Positions 17,385-28,033 of a stretch of DNA of 58,118 bases are shown one piece after another. The DNA is from Tolypothrix carrinoi HA7290-LM1 (GTDB taxonomy: Bacteria; Cyanobacteriota; Cyanobacteriia; Cyanobacteriales; Nostocaceae): the NCBI GenBank assembly GCA_019358935.1, contig JAHHIK010000050.1, positions 1 through 58,118 of the forward strand, read 5' to 3'. How positions within the stretch are numbered: position 1 is the stretch's first letter; every line of letters begins with the position of its first letter. The notes under the pieces were generated by a model. That model ran no database searches. It was not told where the DNA came from and saw only the letters and a program-made list of their open reading frames with translations. The translations under genes and the position numbers were made by a program.

Positions 17385-20300
17385 ATGATAGAAGACGAAG
17401 AACTCCGGAATCTGTATAAAATTTCTGGCGAAGAATGTTTGCAGAAACTGGAAGCAGGTTTGCTGCACTTAACACAGCACCCATTAGACAAAGTTACCTT
17501 GGAACGGTTGCGGCGAGAAGCTCACAGCCTCAAAGGAGACTCGAGAATTGTCGGGGTAGAAAATGTTGTCACCCTCACCCATCAAGTTGAAGAGATTCTT
17601 TTAAGCATTAAACGCCAAGAAATTATTTTCACTTCAAATGTGAGCGATCGCCTGACTCAAGCATTAGATGCAATTGGTCTTTTGGTACACGAAGCCGTAA
17701 CTGGTGAATCGACTGGGGTTGACACGGAACAGATACTTGATGAGTTGATGCAAGTATTTTTAAAGTCAAAACAACACGACACTGACACGGAAGTTCCTTT
17801 TGTTGCAACTGGTCTGGGGAATCTCCCCACGACGCTGCCTTTAGTTGAAATCGCTCCAGAAAATGAACAAGACCCGCAAATACTACTTGAGCAAGGCAAT
17901 CAATTTACCACAAACACCCCTATAGCACAAATTAACCGCAATGCTCCCCAACCAGGATTAATCTTTATAGAAGATGAAGAACTGCGGGATATTTATCAAG
18001 TTGCTAGCGAAGAACATTTAGACAAACTGGCAGATGGTTTGCAATATCTACAAAAGCATCCGCAGGACGAAGCTACTCTGGAAATGTTGCGACGGGAAGT
18101 CCACAGCCTTAAAGGAGATTCCCGAAGCGTCGGGGTAGAAAATGTAGTCACCCTCACCCATCAAGTTGAAAAGATTATCTTAAGCATCAAAGCAAGCGAG
18201 ATTATTTTCACCTCAAATGTGTGCGATCGCCTTTATCGAGGATTAGATGCGATCGGTCTATTGATATATGAAGCTGTAACCGGTGAATCGAGTGGGGTTG
18301 ATACCCAACAAGTACTTGATTTGATGCAAGCGGTTTTGGAGCCACAACAGCCACAGCCTTCTTCAGATGCAGTTGAACCAGAACAACAGGTACAAACCCT
18401 CGAAGTATCGGTAGCAGAAATCAACAGCAATGCTACCCAACTTGCACCAACTTTTATAGAAGACAAAGAACTGCGAGATATTTATCAAATTGCCAGCGAA
18501 GAATATTTGCAGAAACTGGCAAATGGTTTGCTACAGCTACAAAAGCACCCATCAGACGAAGCTATTTTGGAACAGCTGTTGCGGGAAGCTCACAGCCTTA
18601 AAGGTGACTCCAGAAGTGTTGGGGTAGAAAATGTAATTACCCTTTCCCATCAAATTGAAGAGATTTTCTTAAGTATCAAAGCAAGCGAGATTATTTTCAC
18701 CCCAGATGTGAGCGATCGCCTTTATCAAGGATTAGATGCGATCGGTCTTTTAGTATACGAAGCCATTACTGGTCAACCGAGTGGAATTGATACCGAACAA
18801 ATACTTGACCAGTTGATGCAAGCAGTTTCTGCACCAACTATTCACAAGTCCCTACCACTTCCTACGGAAATTCCTGTCACAGCAACTCAGGTTGACAAGG
18901 CTGAAATTGGTCAACCCTACCACATTGACACAATTCGCGTTCCAACTCGCCATTTCGATGCTTTAATGTCACAGGCTGAAGAACTAACATTTACCAAAAC
19001 CGCCATAGCCCACACTGCCGCTGAAATTGAGGCAATGGCAACCATATGGTCAGAGTGGAAAGCTGTTTATAGCCAAGAAAAATATCTTGATTCTTCATCC
19101 TTAAATACTAATCCCTACGTAGAACGCCTAGAAAAAACGATCAACTCTTTGAGAACTTCAACTCAGGAAAACAGCACTAAACTAGACATTATCGTTGAAG
19201 AATTAAGAGAAAAAATTTACACCCTACGGCTTGTACCCCTATCCACCGTGTTTCAATTGCTTCCCCGTATAGTCAGGGATTTAGCCAGACAACAATCAAA
19301 AGAAGTGGAATTAATTATTGAAGGAGGAGAAACAACCGCTGACAAACGCATCCTTGAAGAAATCAAAGATTCCTTGATGCACATGGTTCGCAACGCGATC
19401 GATCATGGCATCGAGACTCCCGCAGAACGAGAAAAACTCGGCAAACCTCCCGTCGCCACTATTTGGCTTCGGGGCTACCGAACCCCCACTAACATCGTAA
19501 TTGAACTGGCAGACGATGGGCGAGGGCTAGACATCGAAAAGATAAAACAAACCGCCGTCAAGCGTGGACTCTACAGCCCAGAAGAACTGGCAATTATGAC
19601 TCCAAGCCAGATTTATCCCCTAATCTTGGCTTCTGGCTTCTCAACCCAGACTTTTATTACAGAAATTTCTGGCAGAGGTATCGGGTTGGATGTAGTACGC
19701 ACGAACGTCGAACGGCTGCAAGGTAATATTCAGATAGAATCAACCCCCGGACAAGGATGCACCTTCCGCATCCAGCTAAACACAACCTTGGGAATCACCA
19801 ATGTAGTACTGTTAGAAGTTGAAGGTATTGTCCATGCTCTACCAATTGAGTTTGTGCAAAAGACTTTACTTATCTCTCAAGAGCAAATTTTTACCACTGA
19901 AGATCGAGCAACTATTGACTTGGACGGTCAAGCTGTTTGTGTTGCAAATCTAGCTGATTTGCTGGAATTCTCAAATCCTGCTTATGCTTATGCCGCAAAA
20001 GAACAACAAAATAGTCGTCTGCGTTCTTGTATCCTGCTGAAGGTGGGAGAAGAACAATTCGGCTTGTTTGTCGATCGCATGATGCATACTCAAGAGATAG
20101 TAATCAAACCTCAGAGTCAGTTATTGAAACGGGTGCGTAATGTCATGGGAGCAACTATTCTCGGCTCCGGGGAAGTTTGCATGATTCTTAACCCCCCAGA
20201 TTTACTCAAATCATTGCAGCAGCAAAATACATCTGTAGTCTCTATCAAACCAAGGAAAACAATTCTCAGGAAGCGTCTTATTCTCCTAGTAGAAGATTCT

Positions 20301-20633
20301 ATCCCCGTTCGCACCCAAGAAAAACGGCTTTTGGAAAAAGCTGGATATGAAGTGGCGATCGCCGTGGATGGATTAGATGGTTATAACAAACTAAAAACCC
20401 GTGACTTTGATGCAGTGATATCTGACGTGGAAATGCCCAATTTAGATGGCTTGTCACTCACTGCCAAAATTCGTCAGCATGAAGAATATAAAGCATTGCC
20501 GATAATTCTAGTAACAACGCTTGCTTCCGATGAGGACATGGCAAGAGGATCTGAAGCGGGAGCTAATGCGTATATCATCAAAAGTAATTTTAATCAAGAT
20601 GTTTTATTAGAAATATTAGGAAGACTTGTTTAA
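17385..20633 (+). CDS. cheA: Hybrid CheA (3 Hpt, dimerisation, HATPase, CheW, REC)
   Basis: Three RE(A/V)HSLKG motifs, HMVRNAIDHG, DDGRG, SGRGIGLDVV, C-terminal receiver. Confidence 0.95.
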   Translation: MIEDEELRNLYKISGEECLQKLEAGLLHLTQHPLDKVTLERLRREAHSLKGDSRIVGVENVVTLTHQVEEILLSIKRQEIIFTSNVSDRLTQALDAIGLLVHEAVTGESTGVDTEQILDELMQVFLKSKQHDTDTEVPFVATGLGNLPTTLPLVEIAPENEQDPQILLEQGNQFTTNTPIAQINRNAPQPGLIFIEDEELRDIYQVASEEHLDKLADGLQYLQKHPQDEATLEMLRREVHSLKGDSRSVGVENVVTLTHQVEKIILSIKASEIIFTSNVCDRLYRGLDAIGLLIYEAVTGESSGVDTQQVLDLMQAVLEPQQPQPSSDAVEPEQQVQTLEVSVAEINSNATQLAPTFIEDKELRDIYQIASEEYLQKLANGLLQLQKHPSDEAILEQLLREAHSLKGDSRSVGVENVITLSHQIEEIFLSIKASEIIFTPDVSDRLYQGLDAIGLLVYEAITGQPSGIDTEQILDQLMQAVSAPTIHKSLPLPTEIPVTATQVDKAEIGQPYHIDTIRVPTRHFDALMSQAEELTFTKTAIAHTAAEIEAMATIWSEWKAVYSQEKYLDSSSLNTNPYVERLEKTINSLRTSTQENSTKLDIIVEELREKIYTLRLVPLSTVFQLLPRIVRDLARQQSKEVELIIEGGETTADKRILEEIKDSLMHMVRNAIDHGIETPAEREKLGKPPVATIWLRGYRTPTNIVIELADDGRGLDIEKIKQTAVKRGLYSPEELAIMTPSQIYPLILASGFSTQTFITEISGRGIGLDVVRTNVERLQGNIQIESTPGQGCTFRIQLNTTLGITNVVLLEVEGIVHALPIEFVQKTLLISQEQIFTTEDRATIDLDGQAVCVANLADLLEFSNPAYAYAAKEQQNSRLRSCILLKVGEEQFGLFVDRMMHTQEIVIKPQSQLLKRVRNVMGATILGSGEVCMILNPPDLLKSLQQQNTSVVSIKPRKTILRKRLILLVEDSIPVRTQEKRLLEKAGYEVAIAVDGLDGYNKLKTRDFDAVISDVEMPNLDGLSLTAKIRQHEEYKALPIILVTTLASDEDMARGSEAGANAYIIKSNFNQDVLLEILGRLV

Positions 20634-20639
20634 TTGTTG

Positions 20640-20970
20640 TTAGTTGATAGTTGATAGTTGATGGTTGATGGTTGATAGTTGTTGGGCAATGGGCAATTGT
20701 TTAATGGGCAATTGTTTAATGGGCAATTGTTTAATGGGCAATGGGCCCTATCGCAATGGGCAATTGTTTAATGGGCAATTGTTTAATGGGCAATGGGAAT
20801 AAAAAGAAGCGATCGCGTATTTCACTTGCCCCATGCCCCATGCCCCATGCCCCATGCCCCATGCCCCATGCCCCATGCCCCATGCCCCATGCCCCACTAA
20901 CCACTAACTCCTAACTCCTAACTCCTAACTCCTAACTCCTAACTCCTAACTCCTAACTCCTAACCACTAC
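20640..20970. repeat. Mixed STRR arrays within the operon
   Basis: (GTTGATA)n, (AATGGGCAATTGTTT)n, (GCCCCAT)n, (TAACTCC)n. Confidence 0.9.
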
Positions 20971-20972
20971 TA

Positions 20973-22031
20973 ATGCCTATTCGAGTTCTGTTAGTTGAAG
21001 ATTCACGGATTGCTCTAGTAATTTTGAAAAGAATTCTGGACTCATCACCGGAGATTGAAGTAGTGGGAGAAGCTCGTACTGGTTTAGAAGCTTTGACACT
21101 GATTCCCGAAGTTGAGCCAGATGTCATTTGTACAGACCTTCATATGCCTCAGATGGATGGTTTGGAATTTACATTTCAAGTCATGGCACTTTATCCTCGA
21201 CCGATTTTAGTAATTAGTGTTTCGGTGCAGGAAGACGATGCTAAACATGTTTTTGAGCTTTTAGAAGCAGGAGCGGTGGAGATTTTTCCTAAGCCAACCG
21301 CAGGACTGGCAACAAATAATGAGTTGTTTAAGCAGGAGTTGATTAATAAGATTAAAATCTTGTCTGGGGTAAAAGTATTTAGAAAAAAGCGAAAGTCCCC
21401 CTTGCAAGTAAAAAATTTAGAGGCTGACAATTTTTCTGCTTTCGCTTATAAGTCCTACATCAAACCAAAAATAGTAGTTATTGGTGCATCTACAGGTGGT
21501 CCCCAAGCCTTGAAAGAACTTTTCACTCAGTTACCAGCGGATTTTCCTCTGCCAGTAATTTGTGTGCAACACATTTGTTTCGGTTTTTTACAGGGATTAA
21601 TTGATTGGTTAGCAACTAGTTGCCGGTTGACAATTCAAATTGCTCAAGTTGGGGATATGCCAAAACCAGGGAAGATTTATTTTCCAGCAGAACAGCAGCA
21701 TTTAAAATTGGATGCTTGGGGTCGATTTATTTGCTCTGATTCACCACCAGTGGCAGGACATTGCCCTTCTGTAACAGCTTCATTTGAGTCTGTAGCCAAG
21801 TTCTATGGCAAGGCAACAGTGGGAATATTGTTAACTGGTATGGGTAGAGATGGAGCGGATGGAATGCAGGCGATCGCTCAAGCTGGTGGTTTTACTATCG
21901 CGCAAGATGAAGCCACTTCTGTAGTGTTTGGAATGCCTAAAGAAGCAATCAACTTAGGAGCGGCAAAACAGATATTACCAATTGAAGCGATCGCACCAAA
22001 GCTACTAGCTCTGTTGCAACAGACTTATTGA
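20973..22031 (+). CDS. cheB: Chemotaxis methylesterase with receiver domain
   Basis: REC domain plus GASTGGP, VQHI, LTGMGRDG, SVVFGMP. Confidence 0.95.
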   Translation: MPIRVLLVEDSRIALVILKRILDSSPEIEVVGEARTGLEALTLIPEVEPDVICTDLHMPQMDGLEFTFQVMALYPRPILVISVSVQEDDAKHVFELLEAGAVEIFPKPTAGLATNNELFKQELINKIKILSGVKVFRKKRKSPLQVKNLEADNFSAFAYKSYIKPKIVVIGASTGGPQALKELFTQLPADFPLPVICVQHICFGFLQGLIDWLATSCRLTIQIAQVGDMPKPGKIYFPAEQQHLKLDAWGRFICSDSPPVAGHCPSVTASFESVAKFYGKATVGILLTGMGRDGADGMQAIAQAGGFTIAQDEATSVVFGMPKEAINLGAAKQILPIEAIAPKLLALLQQTY

Positions 22032-22045
22032 GATGTGGAGAGGAT

Positions 22046-22897
22046 ATGTCAAAGGCAGAATTTTTGAGTGTAGAGTTAACAGAGGCTTTTGTTAAGTTAA
22101 TTGCCCAGCAAACCGGATTAGAGATTAGAGAGCGAGACCAAGCAGATTTAAGCGAAAAAATATTTGTCAGGATGAAAGCTATCAATATATTATTTCCAGA
22201 AGAGTACTATCAACTCTTAGGATATAGTACGGTACAAAGCTATCAAGAATGGCACAGACTTGTTTTACTGCTGACTAATCTAGAAAGTTATTTTTTTCGA
22301 GATAAAGAGCAGTTTAATCTTTTACGCGATCGCATTCTTCCAGAACTAATTCAACGTCAACAAAATAAGAAAACTCTCCGCATTTGTAGTGCAGGATGCT
22401 CAACTGGAGAAGAACCATTATCTCTCGCTATTGTCCTTAAAGAACTCATTCCCAATCCAGAGCAATGGAACTTGACGATTTTGGGTGTAGACATCAATCA
22501 AGAAGCACTGAAAAAAGCGAGACAAGGAATTTACACACCTTGGTCGTTGAGGAGCATTGATCCAGAAATAATGCAGCGATATTTTTTGCACTTTAACAAT
22601 CAATATTATCTTGATATGCAAATTCAGCAAATGGTAAAATTTAAATATATAAATTTAGTCAAAGATGCTTTCCATGAACACAATGAGATGAGAGATATTG
22701 ACTTAATTATTTGCCGCAATGTTTTCATTTACTTTGAAGCATCAGCCATTGCAAAAGTATTAGATAAATTTCACCATATCCTCCAACCATCAGGATATCT
22801 GATCGCAGGTCATACAGAACTTTGTGGTCAGGATTTAAGCCACTTTGAGACAAAATTATTTCCCGAATCACTAGTTTATATTAAAAAAAGCGTTTGA
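22046..22897 (+). CDS. cheR: Chemotaxis methyltransferase
   Basis: ESYFFRD, SAGCSTGEE, DLIICRNVFIYF. Confidence 0.95.
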   Translation: MSKAEFLSVELTEAFVKLIAQQTGLEIRERDQADLSEKIFVRMKAINILFPEEYYQLLGYSTVQSYQEWHRLVLLLTNLESYFFRDKEQFNLLRDRILPELIQRQQNKKTLRICSAGCSTGEEPLSLAIVLKELIPNPEQWNLTILGVDINQEALKKARQGIYTPWSLRSIDPEIMQRYFLHFNNQYYLDMQIQQMVKFKYINLVKDAFHEHNEMRDIDLIICRNVFIYFEASAIAKVLDKFHHILQPSGYLIAGHTELCGQDLSHFETKLFPESLVYIKKSV

Positions 22898-22905
22898 TAA
22901 ACAAA

Positions 22906-23997
22906 ATGAAAGAACATTCCTATCTCACCTTTAGCTTAAATAACTACCTTTACGGCATCAACCTAGTTTACGTCGAAGAACTTTTTTCTCTACCAGAGTT
23001 AACACCCATCCCAGAAAACCCATATAAAATCGTTGGGCTTGTTAATCTCCGGGGGAATATTGTGCCAGTCATGGATTTGAATTTCAGCTTAAGCTATCAA
23101 TCACTAAACTATCGTTTTACAGATAGTCTATTGGTTTTAAAATGGCAAGAATTCCGACTGGGCATCATTGTTAATCAAATCTATGAAGTCATAGATATAT
23201 CCCCGCAGGAAATTACCACTCAACTTGATTATGAGCGAGAATTGGCGGTAGTTGAACAAAGAAAAATCATTGCTGGTTTTGCCAGTACTCCGGGAAATAT
23301 TTTCATATTGAGCAATCCAGAGAATTGGTTTAAGTATGTAGAGATACAAGAGATTTTGTCTTGGAAAAACTTATTAGAACAACAAATTATTTCTAACCAT
23401 AATGCAGACAAATTTCCTGTTAATAACTCTGAATTATTATTGAATCAACAGCCTGTCTTTTGCCCAAATGCAACTTTGGAAGAAACAACAACTTTTCCAA
23501 AACAAGCTGATAATCTAAGACTTCCACCAGAAAGTCAGGATTTAAAGACTTTTATCACCTTAGCAGTATTTACTTTAAATGGTAATCTTTTTGGCATTGA
23601 TTTAGAAATGGTACGAGAATTTACCGATATCCGCCAAGTAACTCCTATTCCCTGTGTGAAAGCGCATATCATCGGTAACATGAATTTGCGAGGTGAGATT
23701 CTCACCTTAATTGATATTTGCGGATTGTTGAATTTACCGTTGATGGGTATAGCTAATAATTCTAAGGCAATGGTTGTGGAGGTTGAGGGTATAGTTGCTG
23801 GTTTAATGGTAGAAGAAGTTTGCGATGTGATGTTCTCCCTGAACCCACGAGAGATAAGAACAGTGCCGACTGCTATCCATTCAGTTAATGATGAATATTT
23901 TCAAGGGGCAGTTCTTTATCATGAAAAAATAATGAGCATTCTGGATTTGCCAAAAATCTTCTTTAACGGTGGTTTAATCGTTGATGAGGTAATTTGA
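22906..23997 (+). CDS. cheW: Tandem two-domain CheW
   Basis: Two motifs: GLVNLRGNIVPVMDL and GNMNLRGEILTLIDI. Confidence 0.9.
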   Translation: MKEHSYLTFSLNNYLYGINLVYVEELFSLPELTPIPENPYKIVGLVNLRGNIVPVMDLNFSLSYQSLNYRFTDSLLVLKWQEFRLGIIVNQIYEVIDISPQEITTQLDYERELAVVEQRKIIAGFASTPGNIFILSNPENWFKYVEIQEILSWKNLLEQQIISNHNADKFPVNNSELLLNQQPVFCPNATLEETTTFPKQADNLRLPPESQDLKTFITLAVFTLNGNLFGIDLEMVREFTDIRQVTPIPCVKAHIIGNMNLRGEILTLIDICGLLNLPLMGIANNSKAMVVEVEGIVAGLMVEEVCDVMFSLNPREIRTVPTAIHSVNDEYFQGAVLYHEKIMSILDLPKIFFNGGLIVDEVI

Positions 23998-24009
23998 TTC
24001 AAAAAGTTA

Positions 24010-24040
24010 GATTCCCGACTTCTTAAAGAAGTCGGGAATC
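24010..24040 (+). terminator. Hairpin after cheW (terminator or REP-like)
   Basis: GATTCCCGACTTCT-taa-AGAAGTCGGGAATC perfect 14-bp stem. Confidence 0.6.
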
Positions 24041-24351
24041 AGTTCCACCGGGAATTTTCACGCTATTATCTAGGATTGCTATACTACTTTTCCTAACTTT
24101 AAATAATCCGAGTTAAGTTTTTTTAAATTAACTGTAAAATTTCATTAATTGCGAACTTTTAGACTTTGATTTAGTTAACTATGGTCTAACCTACGGCATA
24201 ATGATTTAGAGTATATTTACTTAGTTGGGAGCAGTCTATGAGCCAAATAGCTGTTATTTTCTTAAGCTCTAAGTTTGACACGCATAAATACCAAATCAGG
24301 GTCAGCATTTTTCTTTATTGACAAAGGTGGTAATTTTTTAATTTATTACAA

Positions 24352-25491
24352 ATGACATTAACAAGGCTGACTAAAGAGTTAGACAACCTGAGTAAAGATG
24401 ATAGTGATGGAGTGCTAATTATAAGCAACCATACAGTCGCTTGGAATCTTTATCTTACCTGTGGTAAATTGCTTTATGCTACAAGTGAGGTGCATCCTGT
24501 AAGGCGTTGGGACAGAGCCTTAAAGCAGCATTGCCCTAACTGGAACTGGGGTGTTGACTCCTCTGAGTTGTCGAAAGACCTGCCTTGGGAATGTCAGATT
24601 CTCGCTCAAGGCATCAGTCAAAGGCAACTGAGCGCTATCCAAGCTAAGTTAGTGATTCGTAATATTGTCCAAGAATGTTTTTTTGAGCTAAATGGCTACG
24701 CAGACTTGAGGATCGACTGGAAACCCAGCCAAAAACATATATGGCATCTCTCTATGGCGGTCATACCCTTGTCTTCCTGGGAAATTCTGTCAGTTGTAAA
24801 CAAAGCAACGAACATGCAGCAAAGATGGCAAGCTGCTGGTTTAGGTGACTTCAGCCCGACCGTTGCTTTAGTTTTGAAGCCAGGAGTAGACCCTCAAGCG
24901 CTGCCAATTTTCCAGAAGTATCTTAACAGTCAGTTCACCTTATGGGATATTGCTTTAGAACAAGAAAAATCGGTGACAGAGGTAACTCTCTCCTTAATTC
25001 CTTGGGTTGAGAAGGGTATGCTGGAATTGCAAAACATTCCAGATTTACAAGTACCGACTGTCAAACAGACAGTTGCACCAACACTCCCCCAATTCAAAAT
25101 CCAGCGTCCCAAATTTGACCAGAAACAACCTTTAATCGCCTGTATTGACGATAGTCCCGTGTTGGCTCACACTTTAAAAAAAATCTTGATACCAGCCGGG
25201 TATAAAATGTTGAGTATTCCAGAGCCGATGCGAGGGTTCTCCCAACTCATCGAACACAAGCCTGATTTAATTTTATTAGACCTGCTTCTGCCAAATGCTG
25301 ATGGCTATAGTATCTGTAAATTTTTGCGAGACACTCCCGTTTTTAAGGACACGCCGATTATTATCCTGACAGGTCAAAATACGCCAATCGATCGCGCCCA
25401 TGCTACCCTAGTTGGTGCAACTGAGTTTTTAGGCAAGCCTCCACAGCCGCAAGAATTGCTATATATTGTTCAAAAATATCTTGGGCAATGA
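24352..25491 (+). CDS. PatA-family response regulator (PATAN + REC)
   Basis: WNLYLTCGKLLYAT..HPVRRW N-terminal domain; IACIDDSP..PDLILLD..GYSIC receiver. Confidence 0.9.
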   Translation: MTLTRLTKELDNLSKDDSDGVLIISNHTVAWNLYLTCGKLLYATSEVHPVRRWDRALKQHCPNWNWGVDSSELSKDLPWECQILAQGISQRQLSAIQAKLVIRNIVQECFFELNGYADLRIDWKPSQKHIWHLSMAVIPLSSWEILSVVNKATNMQQRWQAAGLGDFSPTVALVLKPGVDPQALPIFQKYLNSQFTLWDIALEQEKSVTEVTLSLIPWVEKGMLELQNIPDLQVPTVKQTVAPTLPQFKIQRPKFDQKQPLIACIDDSPVLAHTLKKILIPAGYKMLSIPEPMRGFSQLIEHKPDLILLDLLLPNADGYSICKFLRDTPVFKDTPIIILTGQNTPIDRAHATLVGATEFLGKPPQPQELLYIVQKYLGQ

Positions 25492-25513
25492 AAGTCATCT
25501 AAAGTTGGTTAAC

Positions 25514-25567
25514 AAAAAGCCGGATAACAAAGGAAAATGTGAAAATTTCTCTGTTATCCGGCTTTTT
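25514..25567. terminator. Probable bidirectional terminator
   Basis: AAAAAGCCGGATAACA...TGTTATCCGGCTTTTT between convergent genes. Confidence 0.7.
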
Positions 25568-25694
25568 CAAGTTTTACTTTCTGGGAATTTGATGATTAGT
25601 TTCAGATGCTAATCTCAAATTTTTCTGCCTTTTATGTCTTTGTTTTTCTTGATAAACACCCTACACAGTAGTCCCCAGATGACTCTTAATTCAC

Positions 25695-27098
25695 TCATTG
25701 CAAATTGATTGAGAAATGAGCAATTAAAGTATTCCTTTCGTAGGACAGCAAGTAAATATGCAGGAGATTGGGGTTATCTTTATCAAGGTGGATAGCTGAC
25801 CCATCAAGTGCTAAGTGGTGATGATCTATCCACTTATCTTTTGAATCTAGCAAAACACTGAAGTAGGGGCTTTTATCTGGATGATTCTTTTCTAATTCTT
25901 CATAGCTTTGATAAAAAGGAGGTATTCCAATTCCCAAAGGCATATACAAACCCTTGGAATAGTCTGTTACTGCCAACTTTGGAAGTTCCTTTAAATTGAC
26001 ACCGCTGATGAATAATTTATTTGTTTCACCAGTCTTTGTATCGCTGAATAACAACTCAATTTCTTGTAAATTCTGCTCAACACCTACAGGCTTAATGTTC
26101 CTCAAAATCGCTTTTTGAAATTTGCCTATTCTCCAGTATTCATTTCCCCAAGGTTTTTTAGAATCGTAAAATCCTGGGGGACGGAAAGTCGCAAATTTTA
26201 TTTCATTTTCATTGTTGTAAAAATCTTTCCAAGTTGTCAGATTTGTCGCTAGTGTAGTTCTAACTTTTCTTGCTTGCTCTCCTGATACAATTATTCTTTC
26301 ATCGGGCAGAAACTTAGTAGCAACTTCTTTTTGGTCAATTACTTTTCTCAGCAAATCAGTTCTTACTAGTGTGCCTTTCGGATCTTGCCAATGTTCTAAT
26401 CTCCACCAATGCTTCCAATAAGACATCTTATTGATATTTTCAAAGACATTTTTGTAGAGTCCCATCGGGAAGGTAAACCAGCTTTGATAATAAAGGGATT
26501 TATTACTATCCTCTTTAGTAAAAAGCAAAATTTCCCAATATCCTGCATTTAAGCAGTTATTAGCTAAAGCAATCTCAGTGAGATTTTGCTTTTCAAAACC
26601 ATCTCCTCCGCTAATTTCTATATGTTTTGAATTAGCAGGAAAACTAATCTGTTGTCTGTTCCACTCTCTGTCTGTTAAGGCGATTACTTCTAAACCTTCA
26701 TCTTTTTTAACCCATTCAGGTGCTTTCGGTACTAAGAGTGTCAGATCAACATTTTTTACAACTATCTTTGCTGTTTTTTTGTTAGTCGGCTCCAGTACAA
26801 AATCGAAGTGAGTATTATCTCTTTTGACAACTGTTAACTTTCTGCTAGAATATCTTTGGAAACTTTTGGCTAATAAAGCGGGATTTTCGGGATATTCGGT
26901 ATTAGATATTTCTTGTAATTTTACCGACATTGTATTGTCAAATTTATATCTGGAAGTAAACCAGAAAGCTCCCACACTAATCAAACCAAGAGATACAACG
27001 AGAGTACTGAATAAAATCTGTTTCTTCGTAACTCTTAAATTAGCTTTGCCAAGTAGGGTATTGCTCTTGACTCTTTGCACCGCTGATGTATTACTCAT
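25695..27098 (-). CDS. Membrane-anchored/exported hypothetical protein
   Basis: 467 aa; a single N-terminal TM segment, then an aromatic-rich domain (LANNCLNAGYWE, WFTFP). Confidence 0.85.
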   Translation of the reverse strand: MSNTSAVQRVKSNTLLGKANLRVTKKQILFSTLVVSLGLISVGAFWFTSRYKFDNTMSVKLQEISNTEYPENPALLAKSFQRYSSRKLTVVKRDNTHFDFVLEPTNKKTAKIVVKNVDLTLLVPKAPEWVKKDEGLEVIALTDREWNRQQISFPANSKHIEISGGDGFEKQNLTEIALANNCLNAGYWEILLFTKEDSNKSLYYQSWFTFPMGLYKNVFENINKMSYWKHWWRLEHWQDPKGTLVRTDLLRKVIDQKEVATKFLPDERIIVSGEQARKVRTTLATNLTTWKDFYNNENEIKFATFRPPGFYDSKKPWGNEYWRIGKFQKAILRNIKPVGVEQNLQEIELLFSDTKTGETNKLFISGVNLKELPKLAVTDYSKGLYMPLGIGIPPFYQSYEELEKNHPDKSPYFSVLLDSKDKWIDHHHLALDGSAIHLDKDNPNLLHIYLLSYERNTLIAHFSINLQ

Positions 27099-27429
27099 TT
27101 GGAGAAGTCCACCAAATTAGAATTCTTGTCGAATAAGATACCCTATACGTTGAGTATTTATATTACTGTTAATAAAAAAATTAACATGAACCATTTTTCT
27201 AAACTGACGCACCTATAACTGGCGTTAAGAATATTTCTTTAAGTTTTGATTTGGCGCTTTTATTAAATCACAATATCTCGCTCAAGCAGTTGGTAATTAA
27301 ATATTTATACCGCCTCCATTGATTTGAATAACAGCTAAACATGAATGAAAAATCGGAACATGCATAAAGCTGTTGCGGGTACTTATAAGTTTTTTATCGT
27401 ATGGGAATGCGATCGCCCAGTTATTAACT

Positions 27430-27703
27430 AATCATATTAGGTATGCTTCAACTCTTGATTGGTCGAAGTTACGCTACCTGCATACGGCTGCGGTTAGGTC
27501 GATATTAATCGAAAAATACAGTAAGAGCGATCGCGAAAAATTCCTCTAGAGAAACTGTGCTGGAAAATATTCCGTTAGTTCAGCTTTCACCTGATGAAAC
27601 TTCAGGAGGTGCAATAAGGTTCAACAAGAATGGTGAGCTGGAAAGAAAACCAGTTTTAGTTCAAGTCGTTAAGGGTAAATTTGAAAGAGTGGATGAAAAT
27701 TAG
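27430..27703 (+). pseudogene. C-terminal relic of an ABC substrate-binding (LivJ-like) domain
   Basis: ..SRETVLENIPLVQLSPDETSGGAIRFNKNGELERKPVLVQVVKGKF..*; no intact start. Confidence 0.5.
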
Positions 27704-28033
27704 TTCCCATCTAATTCTTTCTTTTCTTCTTTGCGACTCTCTCTTGAAAAGGTCTGATGCCTTCTCTTCTCCTTCACCAGACGCCAAGGGCGAACGAGAG
27801 GCACGCGGCTACGGCAACGCATGCATAATCGCGAACGGAGGAAACCTCCGCTCAGACTTTTCGCTGCGACTTTGCGTGAGGAAAAAATTATTAAAAAGCA
27901 ACTTTCATCATTTCTAACAAACACTCTGCGTTACTCTGCGCTTACCTCAGCTCACGAGTGCGTTTAAAAACACAAAAGTAAATAGCCCCCTCTCTGCAAA
28001 CAAAGAGGGGGAAATCAAGCCTAAGATTCTGGC

